DNA from: Elusimicrobiota bacterium
Lineage (GTDB): Bacteria > Elusimicrobiota > Elusimicrobia > UBA1565 > UBA9628
Reading direction: 5' to 3'
DNA length: 24,041 bases
Assembly (NCBI GenBank): GCA_027319565.1
Contig: DAHVNA010000032.1
Location: 1 to 24,041, forward strand
Positions 15,923 to 24,041 of the stretch are shown here, one piece after another (within the stretch, counting starts at the first letter, position 1; the number at the start of each line of letters is the position of its first letter). Both the position numbers and the translations under genes were made by a program. Under the pieces are notes generated by a model. The model was not told where the DNA came from. It did no database searches and saw only the letters and a program-made list of their open reading frames with translations.

Positions 15923-16402
15923 ATGGCGGAAGTAAAAAGCGACGGCGTTCAATGGGTGCAATTCCGTCTTGGTCAAGAAGAGTATGCCGTTATGGCGACC
16001 CAAGTCCAGGAAATTGTTCGTTCCGCGGCTATTACCCTTATACCCAATATGCCGGAATTCGTTAAGGGTATCTGCAATTTGCGCGGGAAAATTATTCCGC
16101 TTTTGGATCTCAAAGAGCGTTTTGCCGTCCATGGGGAAACCGACTTACAGCAAGCCCGCATCATCGTGGCCCATGTTGAAAGCCAGATGGTCGGATTTAC
16201 CGTTGATGCCGTGGTCGGGGTTATTCGCATCCCTCCGGATTCCATCGAGCCGGTTCCGGAAAATCTGCCTAAAATAGACGTCGAATATATCACCGGCGTC
16301 GCCAAAATATCGGGACATTTAGTTCTCCTTCTTAATATGGACAAGATCCTCAAGAGCATCGAAAAAATGATTCTTGAAAACGCAGAGTGGAGCAAAAAAT
16401 AG
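15923..16402 (+). CDS. cheW: Chemotaxis coupling protein CheW
   Basis: FRLGQEEYA, VQEIV, IPNMPEFVKGICNLRGKIIPLLDL, VGFTVDAV motifs. Confidence 0.95.
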   Translation: MAEVKSDGVQWVQFRLGQEEYAVMATQVQEIVRSAAITLIPNMPEFVKGICNLRGKIIPLLDLKERFAVHGETDLQQARIIVAHVESQMVGFTVDAVVGVIRIPPDSIEPVPENLPKIDVEYITGVAKISGHLVLLLNMDKILKSIEKMILENAEWSKK

Positions 16403-16408
16403 CCGCCG

Positions 16409-18262
16409 ATGGATCTCGCTAAACTTCGCGCTCTCTTTGTCGGGGAGTGCGAAGAAATTCTGGGACGTCTGGAACAAGCGACTCTTTCTCTTGAGAAAAG
16501 CGCTTCCGATGAAAATGTCCGCCGCGATATTTTCCAGGCTCTCCATACTATCAAGGGAAATTCCGCCACCATGGGCTTTGATAAAATGGCGGAACTGGCC
16601 CATCATCTCGAAGACGCGCTTGATGACGTAAAAAATGGGAAAAAGCCCTTCACTCAAGAAAGCGCCCAGCTTCTCTTAGACTCTCTTGATATCTTTAGAG
16701 CCTTGGTCAAAGAGTTTCAAGAAGAAAAAGATACAATCAATATCGACGAATTTTTGGCCCATCTCAAAACTTTCTCATCCAAAGAGGCTTCTCCCGTTTC
16801 TTCCGCAGCCGTAACGCCCGTCCCACAAACTACTAGCCAAGCCCAATTTCCGGAAGCGCCCTCAGCTAATCTTGAGCCTCAAGTAGAAGAGTTTCAGAAA
16901 CAAGAGTCCGCTCCGGAGCCTCTTCCCGAGCCGGTGCCTTTTTCTCTTCAAGCCCCGCCAACACAAACCCCTCCCGCTCCTGCGGCCCCCATGCCACCGG
17001 TAGGAGAGCCTGATCCAGCGCGGCAGGAAGCGGCGTCAAGCGCAACAGCCGTTTTGACGGCAGAAGAGCCAAAACAGCAGCCCGCTCATTCCGACACTCT
17101 TTCAAAAATGACCGTCCGAGTTCAACTTTCTCACCTAGACGCGATGATGAACTTAGTGGGAGAGTTGGCCATCTCTAAAAGCCGCCTGATTCAGTACAGC
17201 AGAGAATTGGGCGCTTCCGCCCTGGAAGCGGAAGTTAAATTTGTCGAGCGCTTAAGCGGACAACTCCAGGAAGAAGTTTTGCAAACCCGCCTCGTTCCAG
17301 TCGATGATATTTTTCAGCGCTACGGGCGAGTCGTCAGAGACGTCTCTCATGAATTAAAAAAAGAAGTCAATTTTGTCATTCAAGACAACGGGATATCCGT
17401 TGACCGCGTCCTTTTTGAAAAAATAAACGAGGCTGTCGTCCATCTCCTTAGAAATGCCATCGATCACGGCATTGAATCAAAAGAAGCGCGCTTAGCCTCC
17501 GGGAAAAACCCCGTTGCGACACTTTCTCTGATCGCGCGCAAAGAAAAAGGCTACGCGGTTATTGATGTCGTTGACGACGGCGGCGGCATTGACGTGGCCA
17601 AGGTCAAAAACAAAGCGGTTTCAATGGGAATCATTACGCCGGAAGCTGCGGCAAAAATGGAAGACCAAGAAGCGCTTTATCTTATCTGCCGTCCCAATCT
17701 CAGCACCAAGGAAGAGATCACCCAATACTCGGGCAGAGGAGTCGGAATGGACGCGGTCCAAGAATCCGTTGAGTCGGTCAATGGGCATCTCGAAATAGAA
17801 TCTCATCTTGGGAAAGGCTCTCGTTTTTCCTTGTTTCTGCCGCTCAACCTAGCCATTCTTCAAGCCCTTCTTTTCGTCGTGGGAGATCAAACCTTCGCCA
17901 TTCCCTTGTCGGATGTCGTTGAGCTCATTTCCCTTGACAATGTAAAGCCCATGATTATCGACAAAAAAGAAGTCGTGGTTTTAAGAAATGAAGTTTTGCC
18001 TTTAGTGCGCCTAAGAGACATCTTCCATATTGAAGGCCAGCAACTGGTTTCCAACGGCCGGGTTTTAGATGAACATGCGCTGATTGTCCACTCTCGCAAG
18101 TCCAAATTCGCCTTGGCGGTTGACCATCTATTAGGCAGACAAGAAATAGTGCTCAAGAACCTGACCGGATTTCTTAAGCAGCTCCAGGGAATCGGCGGGG
18201 CGAGCATCTTGGGCGACGGACGCGCGATACTGATTTTAGACGTTCAAGAGGGATATCTCTAA
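16409..18262 (+). CDS. cheA: Chemotaxis histidine kinase CheA, with no recognisable P2 domain
   Basis: Hpt with ALHTIKG, Pro-rich linker, P3 VRV...LDAMMNLVGEL, P4 HLLRNAIDHGIE, DDGGGID and SGRGVGMDAV, P5 GASILGDGR. Confidence 0.96.
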   Translation: MDLAKLRALFVGECEEILGRLEQATLSLEKSASDENVRRDIFQALHTIKGNSATMGFDKMAELAHHLEDALDDVKNGKKPFTQESAQLLLDSLDIFRALVKEFQEEKDTINIDEFLAHLKTFSSKEASPVSSAAVTPVPQTTSQAQFPEAPSANLEPQVEEFQKQESAPEPLPEPVPFSLQAPPTQTPPAPAAPMPPVGEPDPARQEAASSATAVLTAEEPKQQPAHSDTLSKMTVRVQLSHLDAMMNLVGELAISKSRLIQYSRELGASALEAEVKFVERLSGQLQEEVLQTRLVPVDDIFQRYGRVVRDVSHELKKEVNFVIQDNGISVDRVLFEKINEAVVHLLRNAIDHGIESKEARLASGKNPVATLSLIARKEKGYAVIDVVDDGGGIDVAKVKNKAVSMGIITPEAAAKMEDQEALYLICRPNLSTKEEITQYSGRGVGMDAVQESVESVNGHLEIESHLGKGSRFSLFLPLNLAILQALLFVVGDQTFAIPLSDVVELISLDNVKPMIIDKKEVVVLRNEVLPLVRLRDIFHIEGQQLVSNGRVLDEHALIVHSRKSKFALAVDHLLGRQEIVLKNLTGFLKQLQGIGGASILGDGRAILILDVQEGYL

Positions 18263-18267
18263 TTTCA

Positions 18268-20469
18268 ATGCAGAAAGAAATTCATTCTGAAATTTTCGCG
18301 CTCGATATCGGAACCCGCAAAGTAATGGGGCTCATCGCCCGTGTGACTCCAACAGCCGATAGAAATACCGAAATCGAAATTCTGGATGCCGAAATGAGAG
18401 AGCATCCAACCCGTTCCATGAGCGCCGGACAGATTGAAGATGTCCGCGCAGTCGCCGAGGTTACGGCTCAAGTCGTCGATTCTCTTTCAGAACGCCTCGG
18501 CAAAAGGCCTCTGGAAGTCGCAATCGCGGTCGCCGGACGGAATTTAAAAACGGCGAAGGGCAAATTTGTCGTCAGTTGCCGGCCCGATGGAAGCCCTTTT
18601 GGAAAAAACGAGATCGATGAAGGAACATGGAAAGCTCTGGAAGAAGCTCTGTCTAAATTTACCCCCAAAGACAATGACACGCGTCCCCAATATTCCTGTG
18701 TTGGATACGTCGTCAGCAAAACTTCAATTGATGGAGAAGTGATCCAGAATCCTCTCGGGCATTATGGTCAGGAACTCGAAGTTGAGGTTTTGGCGAGTTT
18801 CTTGCCTTATCGCGTGCTCGAAAGCCAAATTGATGTTCTGGAATCCTTGGGGCTCTCGGTATCGTCCATCACCCTAGAACCCATTGCCGCCCTTCAAGCC
18901 GTGGTCAGCCGCGATTTAAGAAGGCTTAACCTGGCCCTCATCGACGTCGGGGCCGGGACTTCTGACATCGCCTTTGTCTCTCAGGGGACCATTCAGTCTT
19001 TTGCGATGGTGCCGCAAGCCGGAGACTCCATTACCGAAAAAATCGCGGACTCATTTTTGCTTGATTTCTTGCGCGCCGAAGACGTCAAACGGAAATTTTC
19101 CATCGAAATGATGCGCCGGGAAGAGTCTTCGGATAATATTCTCGCCGCGGCCCCGCTTCAGACCATTGAGACCTCCGATATTTTTGGGAGAAAAGTCAAA
19201 ATTTCGCTAAAAGATATTCAAGCCTCGGTCAATTCCATTTTGCTTGAGTTGACCGCTCGCATCGCCGGAGCCATTCTCGAAGCCAGTTATGGAAAAGCCC
19301 CGCAAGCGGTTCTCTGCGTGGGCGGCGGAAGCCTTTTGCCGGGATTTACTCAAATGCTGGCGGAAGCCCTAGAAATATCTTCGCTCAAAGTGGGAATCTC
19401 GCGCCCTCTCTGCGAACATTACATTCAAAGGCAAAAATTAAATTCTTGGGGGCCGGAAGCCGCCACGCCTCTCGGCACTCTTGAGATCGCGGCCAACAAT
19501 AAAGGGCTTCGCTTTAAAAAGGTGATTGTCAATGGCCGCCGAACCTTCGTTTTAACGCTGGGGGGGAAATCGCCGACCGTTTTCTCCGCCTTGGTCGCCG
19601 CTGGAATTTCTCCAAAAAAGATTTTTGGATGGCCGGGGCCGTCTAAAACCTTTACCCTCAACGGAAAATTTCGCATTTTCAAGCCTCATAATACCTCTCT
19701 TCCCGAAATATCTCTCAACCAAAGAGCCGCATCAATTGAAGAACCCATCAATGAACTTGATTCCATTTCATTTAAAATTCCAGCCTCCCAACATCTGGAG
19801 GGAACTGTCGGAGAAGCAATTGGCTTTTCCCGAACCACCGTTTTAGTCAATGGAATCATGAGAGAAATTCCCCTTCGCATTTTTTCAGACGGCGTTCCCG
19901 TCAGCCTCAACTCTCCGCTCAAAGACCGTATGCGCTTAACCACCTTGAGAGTTCCTCTGGGAGACATTCTAACCCCGGCGGAAAGAAATCAAGGGGGATG
20001 GCGCGTCAATGGAGAAGTCGCCTCTTTAAGCCGCGTCGTTCAAGACGGAGACAAGATTACGCTCACGCCTGCTCCTCCGACTGAACATTTGCCTCTGGGA
20101 AAAATATCGCCTTTAGCCACCTGGAAATCTCATGAAAACTTAGCCCCGAAACTTCGCGGGAGTTATTTTTCAATTTCGCAAAAGCCGCAAGAAGCCGAAA
20201 ATTCATCGCCCTTTAAGCCGCCCGTTTTGGCGCCGCAGGGAAGCGCTCCTTTGTTTAACAAACAGATCAACGTGTGGGTCAACGGAAAAGAGGTCTCTAT
20301 CGATAATAACCCGTCTCATGCACCTCTCTTGGCTGATGCGCTGCCCTTTGTTCAAATCGACACGTCTTCATCCGCCGGAAAAAAGCTTTGCGTGATGCTC
20401 AACGGGCAACAGGCGTCTTTTACTTCTCCCCTTGGAGATGGCGCAAAAGTGGAGGTCTTCTTTGAATAA
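18268..20469 (+). CDS. FtsA-like actin-fold ATPase with C-terminal ThiS/MoaD-like (ubiquitin-like) repeats
   Basis: FALDIGTRKV (phosphate 1), ITLEPIAA, LIDVGAGTSDI (phosphate 2), VGGGSL (adenosine). The C-terminal ~320 aa contains repeated VNG/LNG...DGD-like units. Confidence 0.8.
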   Translation: MQKEIHSEIFALDIGTRKVMGLIARVTPTADRNTEIEILDAEMREHPTRSMSAGQIEDVRAVAEVTAQVVDSLSERLGKRPLEVAIAVAGRNLKTAKGKFVVSCRPDGSPFGKNEIDEGTWKALEEALSKFTPKDNDTRPQYSCVGYVVSKTSIDGEVIQNPLGHYGQELEVEVLASFLPYRVLESQIDVLESLGLSVSSITLEPIAALQAVVSRDLRRLNLALIDVGAGTSDIAFVSQGTIQSFAMVPQAGDSITEKIADSFLLDFLRAEDVKRKFSIEMMRREESSDNILAAAPLQTIETSDIFGRKVKISLKDIQASVNSILLELTARIAGAILEASYGKAPQAVLCVGGGSLLPGFTQMLAEALEISSLKVGISRPLCEHYIQRQKLNSWGPEAATPLGTLEIAANNKGLRFKKVIVNGRRTFVLTLGGKSPTVFSALVAAGISPKKIFGWPGPSKTFTLNGKFRIFKPHNTSLPEISLNQRAASIEEPINELDSISFKIPASQHLEGTVGEAIGFSRTTVLVNGIMREIPLRIFSDGVPVSLNSPLKDRMRLTTLRVPLGDILTPAERNQGGWRVNGEVASLSRVVQDGDKITLTPAPPTEHLPLGKISPLATWKSHENLAPKLRGSYFSISQKPQEAENSSPFKPPVLAPQGSAPLFNKQINVWVNGKEVSIDNNPSHAPLLADALPFVQIDTSSSAGKKLCVMLNGQQASFTSPLGDGAKVEVFFE

Positions 20470-21574
20470 CCCGCAAGCCGCAGACGCCCAGTCTCTTTGG
20501 GGAATTAAAGAAAAACAAAAGGTTGAAGAGCGCTTAGCTCACGCTTCTCTTGGGGGATGCTTATCTCTTTCTGATATGCTCAAAACCTCCGTAAGAACAA
20601 TGCGCCACGGAATTATAGAGGCGGTTTCTTCCTCTCCGTTGCCTCTTGGTTTTTTCCCGTCTCATGAGTTAATCTATAACGTCTCCCAATTTATCCAGGG
20701 AGATTTAAACGGCATCGCGACCTTCGCTTATTCCCAAACCCAAACAAAACCTTTGCTGGATTCCATCCTCGCGGCCAACGGACTCGCGGGCAATCTTAAC
20801 AACGACGCCATGAAAAAATCCATCCTGGAAGAGGCCACCAATATCTTTGTCAACGCTCTGCTTAAAGATTTTGGGGCTTTGTTCCGCATGGAATCTTATT
20901 CCTCGGTCCCGGTGCTGGAAGTTCTCGAATGGGGAAAGAGCTGGGAAAAACTCTTGCGCATCCAAAGTTTCGACAAAAAAGGCGTTATCCTTCATTCCGA
21001 TATTTCCTGGGGATTATCCCAAAAGCTCGGCTATTTCTTATTTTCTCTTTCTCGCGACGCTTCGGAGAATTTAAGATTTTGGGCGCAGGAAGGGAAATCC
21101 GCCATGGTCCCGGTTTCTATTGGAAGCCTTGAAATCGCCACCGCCCCCACCGTGCTTAAGGCCAGCGATCTCGGCAGTTGCGTAGCCGCAATCATTTACG
21201 ATCCCGTGCAAAAAAAAGGGGGGATGGCGCACGTGATGCTCGCGCAAAACCCGTCTAAAGATGCCGTGATTCTCCGGCCCGGGAAATATGCCGATACCGC
21301 CATTCCGGCTTTGGTCAACCAGATTCGCGCCAAAGGGAAATTGTCCGCTTTCATCGCCGGCGGAGCTTCAATGCCGATGGCCAGCTCCCTTATCAGCGGA
21401 ACCATCGGCCCATCCAATGCCGAGGTGCTGCGCTCGGAAATTAAAAAGGCGGGAATTTTTCTAGCTGGAGAAGAAATCGGCGGAACTCAAGCTCGAACTG
21501 TTGAGCTTTTGACCGCCACTGGGGAAATTCGCATTACACAAGGTTCTATACAACGCATAAAAAAGCTAGTATAG
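20462..21574 (+). CDS. CheC-CheD fusion protein (CheC-like phosphatase plus receptor glutamine deamidase)
   Basis: The N half has FIQGDLNGIATF, SILEEATNIFVNAL and SSVP (CheC/CheX fold). The C half has DLGSCVAAIIYD, GGMAHVML, KYADTAIP, AGGA, IGPSN and EEIGG...RT (CheD). TTG 20462 is preceded by GGAGG (20451-20455) and is preferred to the ORF-track start at 20432. Confidence 0.85.
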   Translation: MNNPQAADAQSLWGIKEKQKVEERLAHASLGGCLSLSDMLKTSVRTMRHGIIEAVSSSPLPLGFFPSHELIYNVSQFIQGDLNGIATFAYSQTQTKPLLDSILAANGLAGNLNNDAMKKSILEEATNIFVNALLKDFGALFRMESYSSVPVLEVLEWGKSWEKLLRIQSFDKKGVILHSDISWGLSQKLGYFLFSLSRDASENLRFWAQEGKSAMVPVSIGSLEIATAPTVLKASDLGSCVAAIIYDPVQKKGGMAHVMLAQNPSKDAVILRPGKYADTAIPALVNQIRAKGKLSAFIAGGASMPMASSLISGTIGPSNAEVLRSEIKKAGIFLAGEEIGGTQARTVELLTATGEIRITQGSIQRIKKLV

Positions 21575-21605
21575 ACAAAGCATAAATAGGGAGGACGAAA
21601 TCTAA

Positions 21606-23198
21606 ATGAAAAGTATTCTCTTAAAAAGAATCATGCTCGGAGTCTTTGGGCTGATGGCCTTTATTATTTTTGTGCTGGGGTTTAACACAATCATGTCCAT
21701 GAAGGTCAAATCCGTAGTTCAGGATATGGATCGCGTGATGGTCCTTAGAACCGAAGTCACCGCTCTCATTAACCAAGTCACTTCTTTCCCGATGAGCTGG
21801 ATCAACGACAAAGAAAAAGTGGATCCGCAAGTCGCCGATATATCTAAAATTATCTCAGATCTCATGAACCATTATCAGGACAATATGAACGTCCTTCCCA
21901 AGCTCAAAGAGATGAATCATCTTTTTGAAAATTTCCAAACCCAAGGCAGAGCCATCGCTGAGGCCTATTCAAAATCCGAAACCAATATCGGAAGCAGTTA
22001 CGCCGACAATCAAAAAACGACCGATCAACTCTCTCAAACATCAAGCGATCTCATTACCATTTTCGATCAGGAAACCGCCAAAGCCATTAATCGCGGAATT
22101 ATCGCTTCAGCGGCGGCCCTCATTCTTGTCATTTTAATCGTCACCATTCCCACCTATCTTTTCACGACGGCAACGGTCAGCCAGATTAAAGACCTGATTC
22201 AATTTGGCAATGAACTGGGAGAAGGAGATTTAACCAAAGAAATCAAAATCTCTCGCGACGATGAATTGGGCCTCTTAGGTCGTTGTTTTAACGATTTTAC
22301 CCATAAATTAGGCAGCGTCGTCGGAAAACTGGTGGACGCGGTCGCGCTATTGTCCCGCTCCGCTCAAGGAATGGGCCAATCGGCCACGACCATTAAAGAC
22401 AGCGCGATTAAACAATCTAATCAGAGCGCTCAAGTCGCCAAAGCCTTGGTCGAACTCAACAAAACCGTGGCCGAAGTCGCGCGAAACTCCCAGAGAGCCG
22501 CGGAGTCGGCACAACAAGCGGCGCAAGAAGCCAGATCCGGAGGAGAAATCGTCGATCAAACGGTGCATGGAATGCAACTCATTAGCCAAACCATGCAAGC
22601 CTCCACCCAAGTGGTTCATACCTTGGGAAAATCCTCGGATCAAATCGGCGCGATTATCAAGGTCATTGAAGATATCGCCGATCAAACAAATCTTTTAGCT
22701 CTCAACGCCGCCATTGAAGCGGCACGCGCCGGAGAACAGGGACGCGGTTTCGCCGTCGTCGCCGATGAGGTCAGAAAACTCGCCGAACGCATCACTCAAG
22801 AAACAAAAGAAATTTCCCAGATGATTGGGAAAATTCAGGCCGACACCAAGGGAGCGGTCAAGGCCATGGAAGAAGGCGGCCTTGAAGTGACCAAGGGAGT
22901 GGAACTCGCCAATAAAGCGGGAGAAGCCTTAAAACGCATCGTCCTTGTGGTCGGACAAATGACCGACATGGTCAGCCAAATTGCGGCCGCGGCCGAAGAA
23001 CATTCGGCGACCACTGAAGAAATCTCGGCTTCTGTTGAGCTTGTCACAAGTCTTAGCCAAAGTTTCGTTGAAGACGCCCAAAAAACCTATTCCTCTTCTC
23101 TTGAGCTTCAAGAAATGTCTGACACGCTTAACAATATCATCAAGACCTTTAAACTGCGCGGACAAGCAGCTGGCGAAATGGAGATGGCTAGAAGCTAA
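21606..23198 (+). CDS. Methyl-accepting chemotaxis protein (2 TM, periplasmic helical sensor, HAMP, signalling domain)
   Basis: GDLT...[47 protein letters not shown] hairpin tip; GGAGG RBS. Confidence 0.97.
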   Translation: MKSILLKRIMLGVFGLMAFIIFVLGFNTIMSMKVKSVVQDMDRVMVLRTEVTALINQVTSFPMSWINDKEKVDPQVADISKIISDLMNHYQDNMNVLPKLKEMNHLFENFQTQGRAIAEAYSKSETNIGSSYADNQKTTDQLSQTSSDLITIFDQETAKAINRGIIASAAALILVILIVTIPTYLFTTATVSQIKDLIQFGNELGEGDLTKEIKISRDDELGLLGRCFNDFTHKLGSVVGKLVDAVALLSRSAQGMGQSATTIKDSAIKQSNQSAQVAKALVELNKTVAEVARNSQRAAESAQQAAQEARSGGEIVDQTVHGMQLISQTMQASTQVVHTLGKSSDQIGAIIKVIEDIADQTNLLALNAAIEAARAGEQGRGFAVVADEVRKLAERITQETKEISQMIGKIQADTKGAVKAMEEGGLEVTKGVELANKAGEALKRIVLVVGQMTDMVSQIAAAAEEHSATTEEISASVELVTSLSQSFVEDAQKTYSSSLELQEMSDTLNNIIKTFKLRGQAAGEMEMARS

Positions 23199-23216
23199 TT
23201 ATTTCAAGGCGGCAAA

Positions 23217-24041
23217 ATGGCCAATTTAAGCCAAGATCCGCCGGAGCAGATTCTCCTTCGTATTTTAGGACGCCTTCAAAATCGTCGCGGGCTTGATTTC
23301 AGGGAATATCGCTCCACATTTATTCAAAGGCGCATTCAATCGCGTTTTCTCTCGGTTAAATTAAAAGAAAATGATTATGCCGCTTATGAAGCTTACCTCA
23401 CAACCCACCCGGAAGAATGGGACATTCTTTTTGACACCCTCACTATTAACGTCACCGAATTTTTCCGAGATCCTCCGGTATGGAATTATATCGAAAGAAA
23501 CGTCTTTAGGCCTTTGTTCTCGCGTCCGCATCCCTTAACGATTTGGTCGGCCGGATGCTCTATCGGGGAAGAGCCTTATAGCCTTGCCATTCTCGCTTAC
23601 GAAATGAGCCTCTTAAGCACGAACCCGCCCCCAATTTCCATCTATGCCTCGGATGTGGACCCCATCGCCTTAGCCAAAGCCAGGGCCGGAATTTACACGG
23701 ATAAATCGGTTTCAACTCTTTCCGAGAAACGAATTAAACTCTTTTTTACCAAAGAAAAAGACGGGAATTATAAAATTTCTCCAAAGCTCGCTTCCATGGT
23801 CCGTTTTCGCGAGCACAGTTATATCAACGAGCCCTTCATCACGAATTGCCAAGTCATTTTATGCCGGAACTCCATGATTTATTTAGCGCAAGAAGCCAAG
23901 GATAAGGCTCTGCATAATTTTCACAAGGCCCTTGAGCTCGGAGGCCTTCTTATTCTTGGCGCCTCTGAAGTCCTTGTTGGAAACGCCTACGACAAGTTGT
24001 TTGACACTTCCGGGATTCACCCCGGAATACTAAGGAAATCA
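23217..24041 (+). CDS. cheR: Chemotaxis protein-glutamate methyltransferase CheR, 3'-truncated by the window edge and absent from the ORF track
   Basis: Manual translation from ATG 23217 gives GLDFREYR, LTINVTEFFRD, IWSAGCSIGEEPYSLA, ASDVD, ILCRNSMIY and GGLLILGASE; the frame is open to the end of the window. Confidence 0.95.
   Translation, partial: MANLSQDPPEQILLRILGRLQNRRGLDFREYRSTFIQRRIQSRFLSVKLKENDYAAYEAYLTTHPEEWDILFDTLTINVTEFFRDPPVWNYIERNVFRPLFSRPHPLTIWSAGCSIGEEPYSLAILAYEMSLLSTNPPPISIYASDVDPIALAKARAGIYTDKSVSTLSEKRIKLFFTKEKDGNYKISPKLASMVRFREHSYINEPFITNCQVILCRNSMIYLAQEAKDKALHNFHKALELGGLLILGASEVLVGNAYDKLFDTSGIHPGILRKS

Noticed and set aside
15242..16132. 296-aa minus-strand ORF
   Set aside because: It is the antisense shadow of two receiver genes and cheW; its internal repeat merely mirrors the paralog duplication.
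15973..16572. 199-aa minus-strand ORF
   Set aside because: It is antisense to cheW/cheA and has no recognisable motifs.
18268..20469. Calling this gene the divisome ftsA, pilM or a ThiS/MoaD sulfur carrier
   Set aside because: It is too long, has no ftsQ/ftsZ or pilNOP neighbours, and lacks a C-terminal Gly-Gly.
1..24041. CRISPR arrays, tRNA/rRNA genes, transposases, integrases, defence systems
   Set aside because: I saw no regularly spaced repeats, RNA-gene signatures or such protein motifs; intergenic gaps are short and otherwise explained.

Overview
Bacterial chromosomal window from a Gram-negative-type cell (outer-membrane beta-barrel, lipoproteins); almost all genes are on the + strand and the taxon cannot be assigned reliably by eye. 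It has four blocks. (1) The end of a dcw cluster (mraY partial, murD, ftsW, murG), cut off by a convergent Cys/Ser-rich lipoprotein gene. (2) An inverted pair of REP-like hairpins followed by a probably non-discriminating aspS. (3) A putative extracellular electron-uptake (Fe(II)-oxidation-like) module: a cupredoxin-like protein, a Cyc2-type porin-cytochrome, a diheme cytochrome c4, a 59-aa lipoprotein missed by the ORF track, and System II maturation genes resB and ccsA. (4) A chemosensory operon: REC-histidine kinase, two tandem MAWF-starting receivers, cheW, a P2-less cheA, an FtsA-like ATPase with ubiquitin-like repeats, a CheC-CheD fusion, an MCP and cheR (partial). The most striking observation is that the cupredoxin and the cytochrome c4 flanking cyc2 are unrelated folds yet end in the same ~38-aa two-cysteine module after a low-complexity linker, suggesting a docking, assembly or sorting tag I do not recognise from known families.
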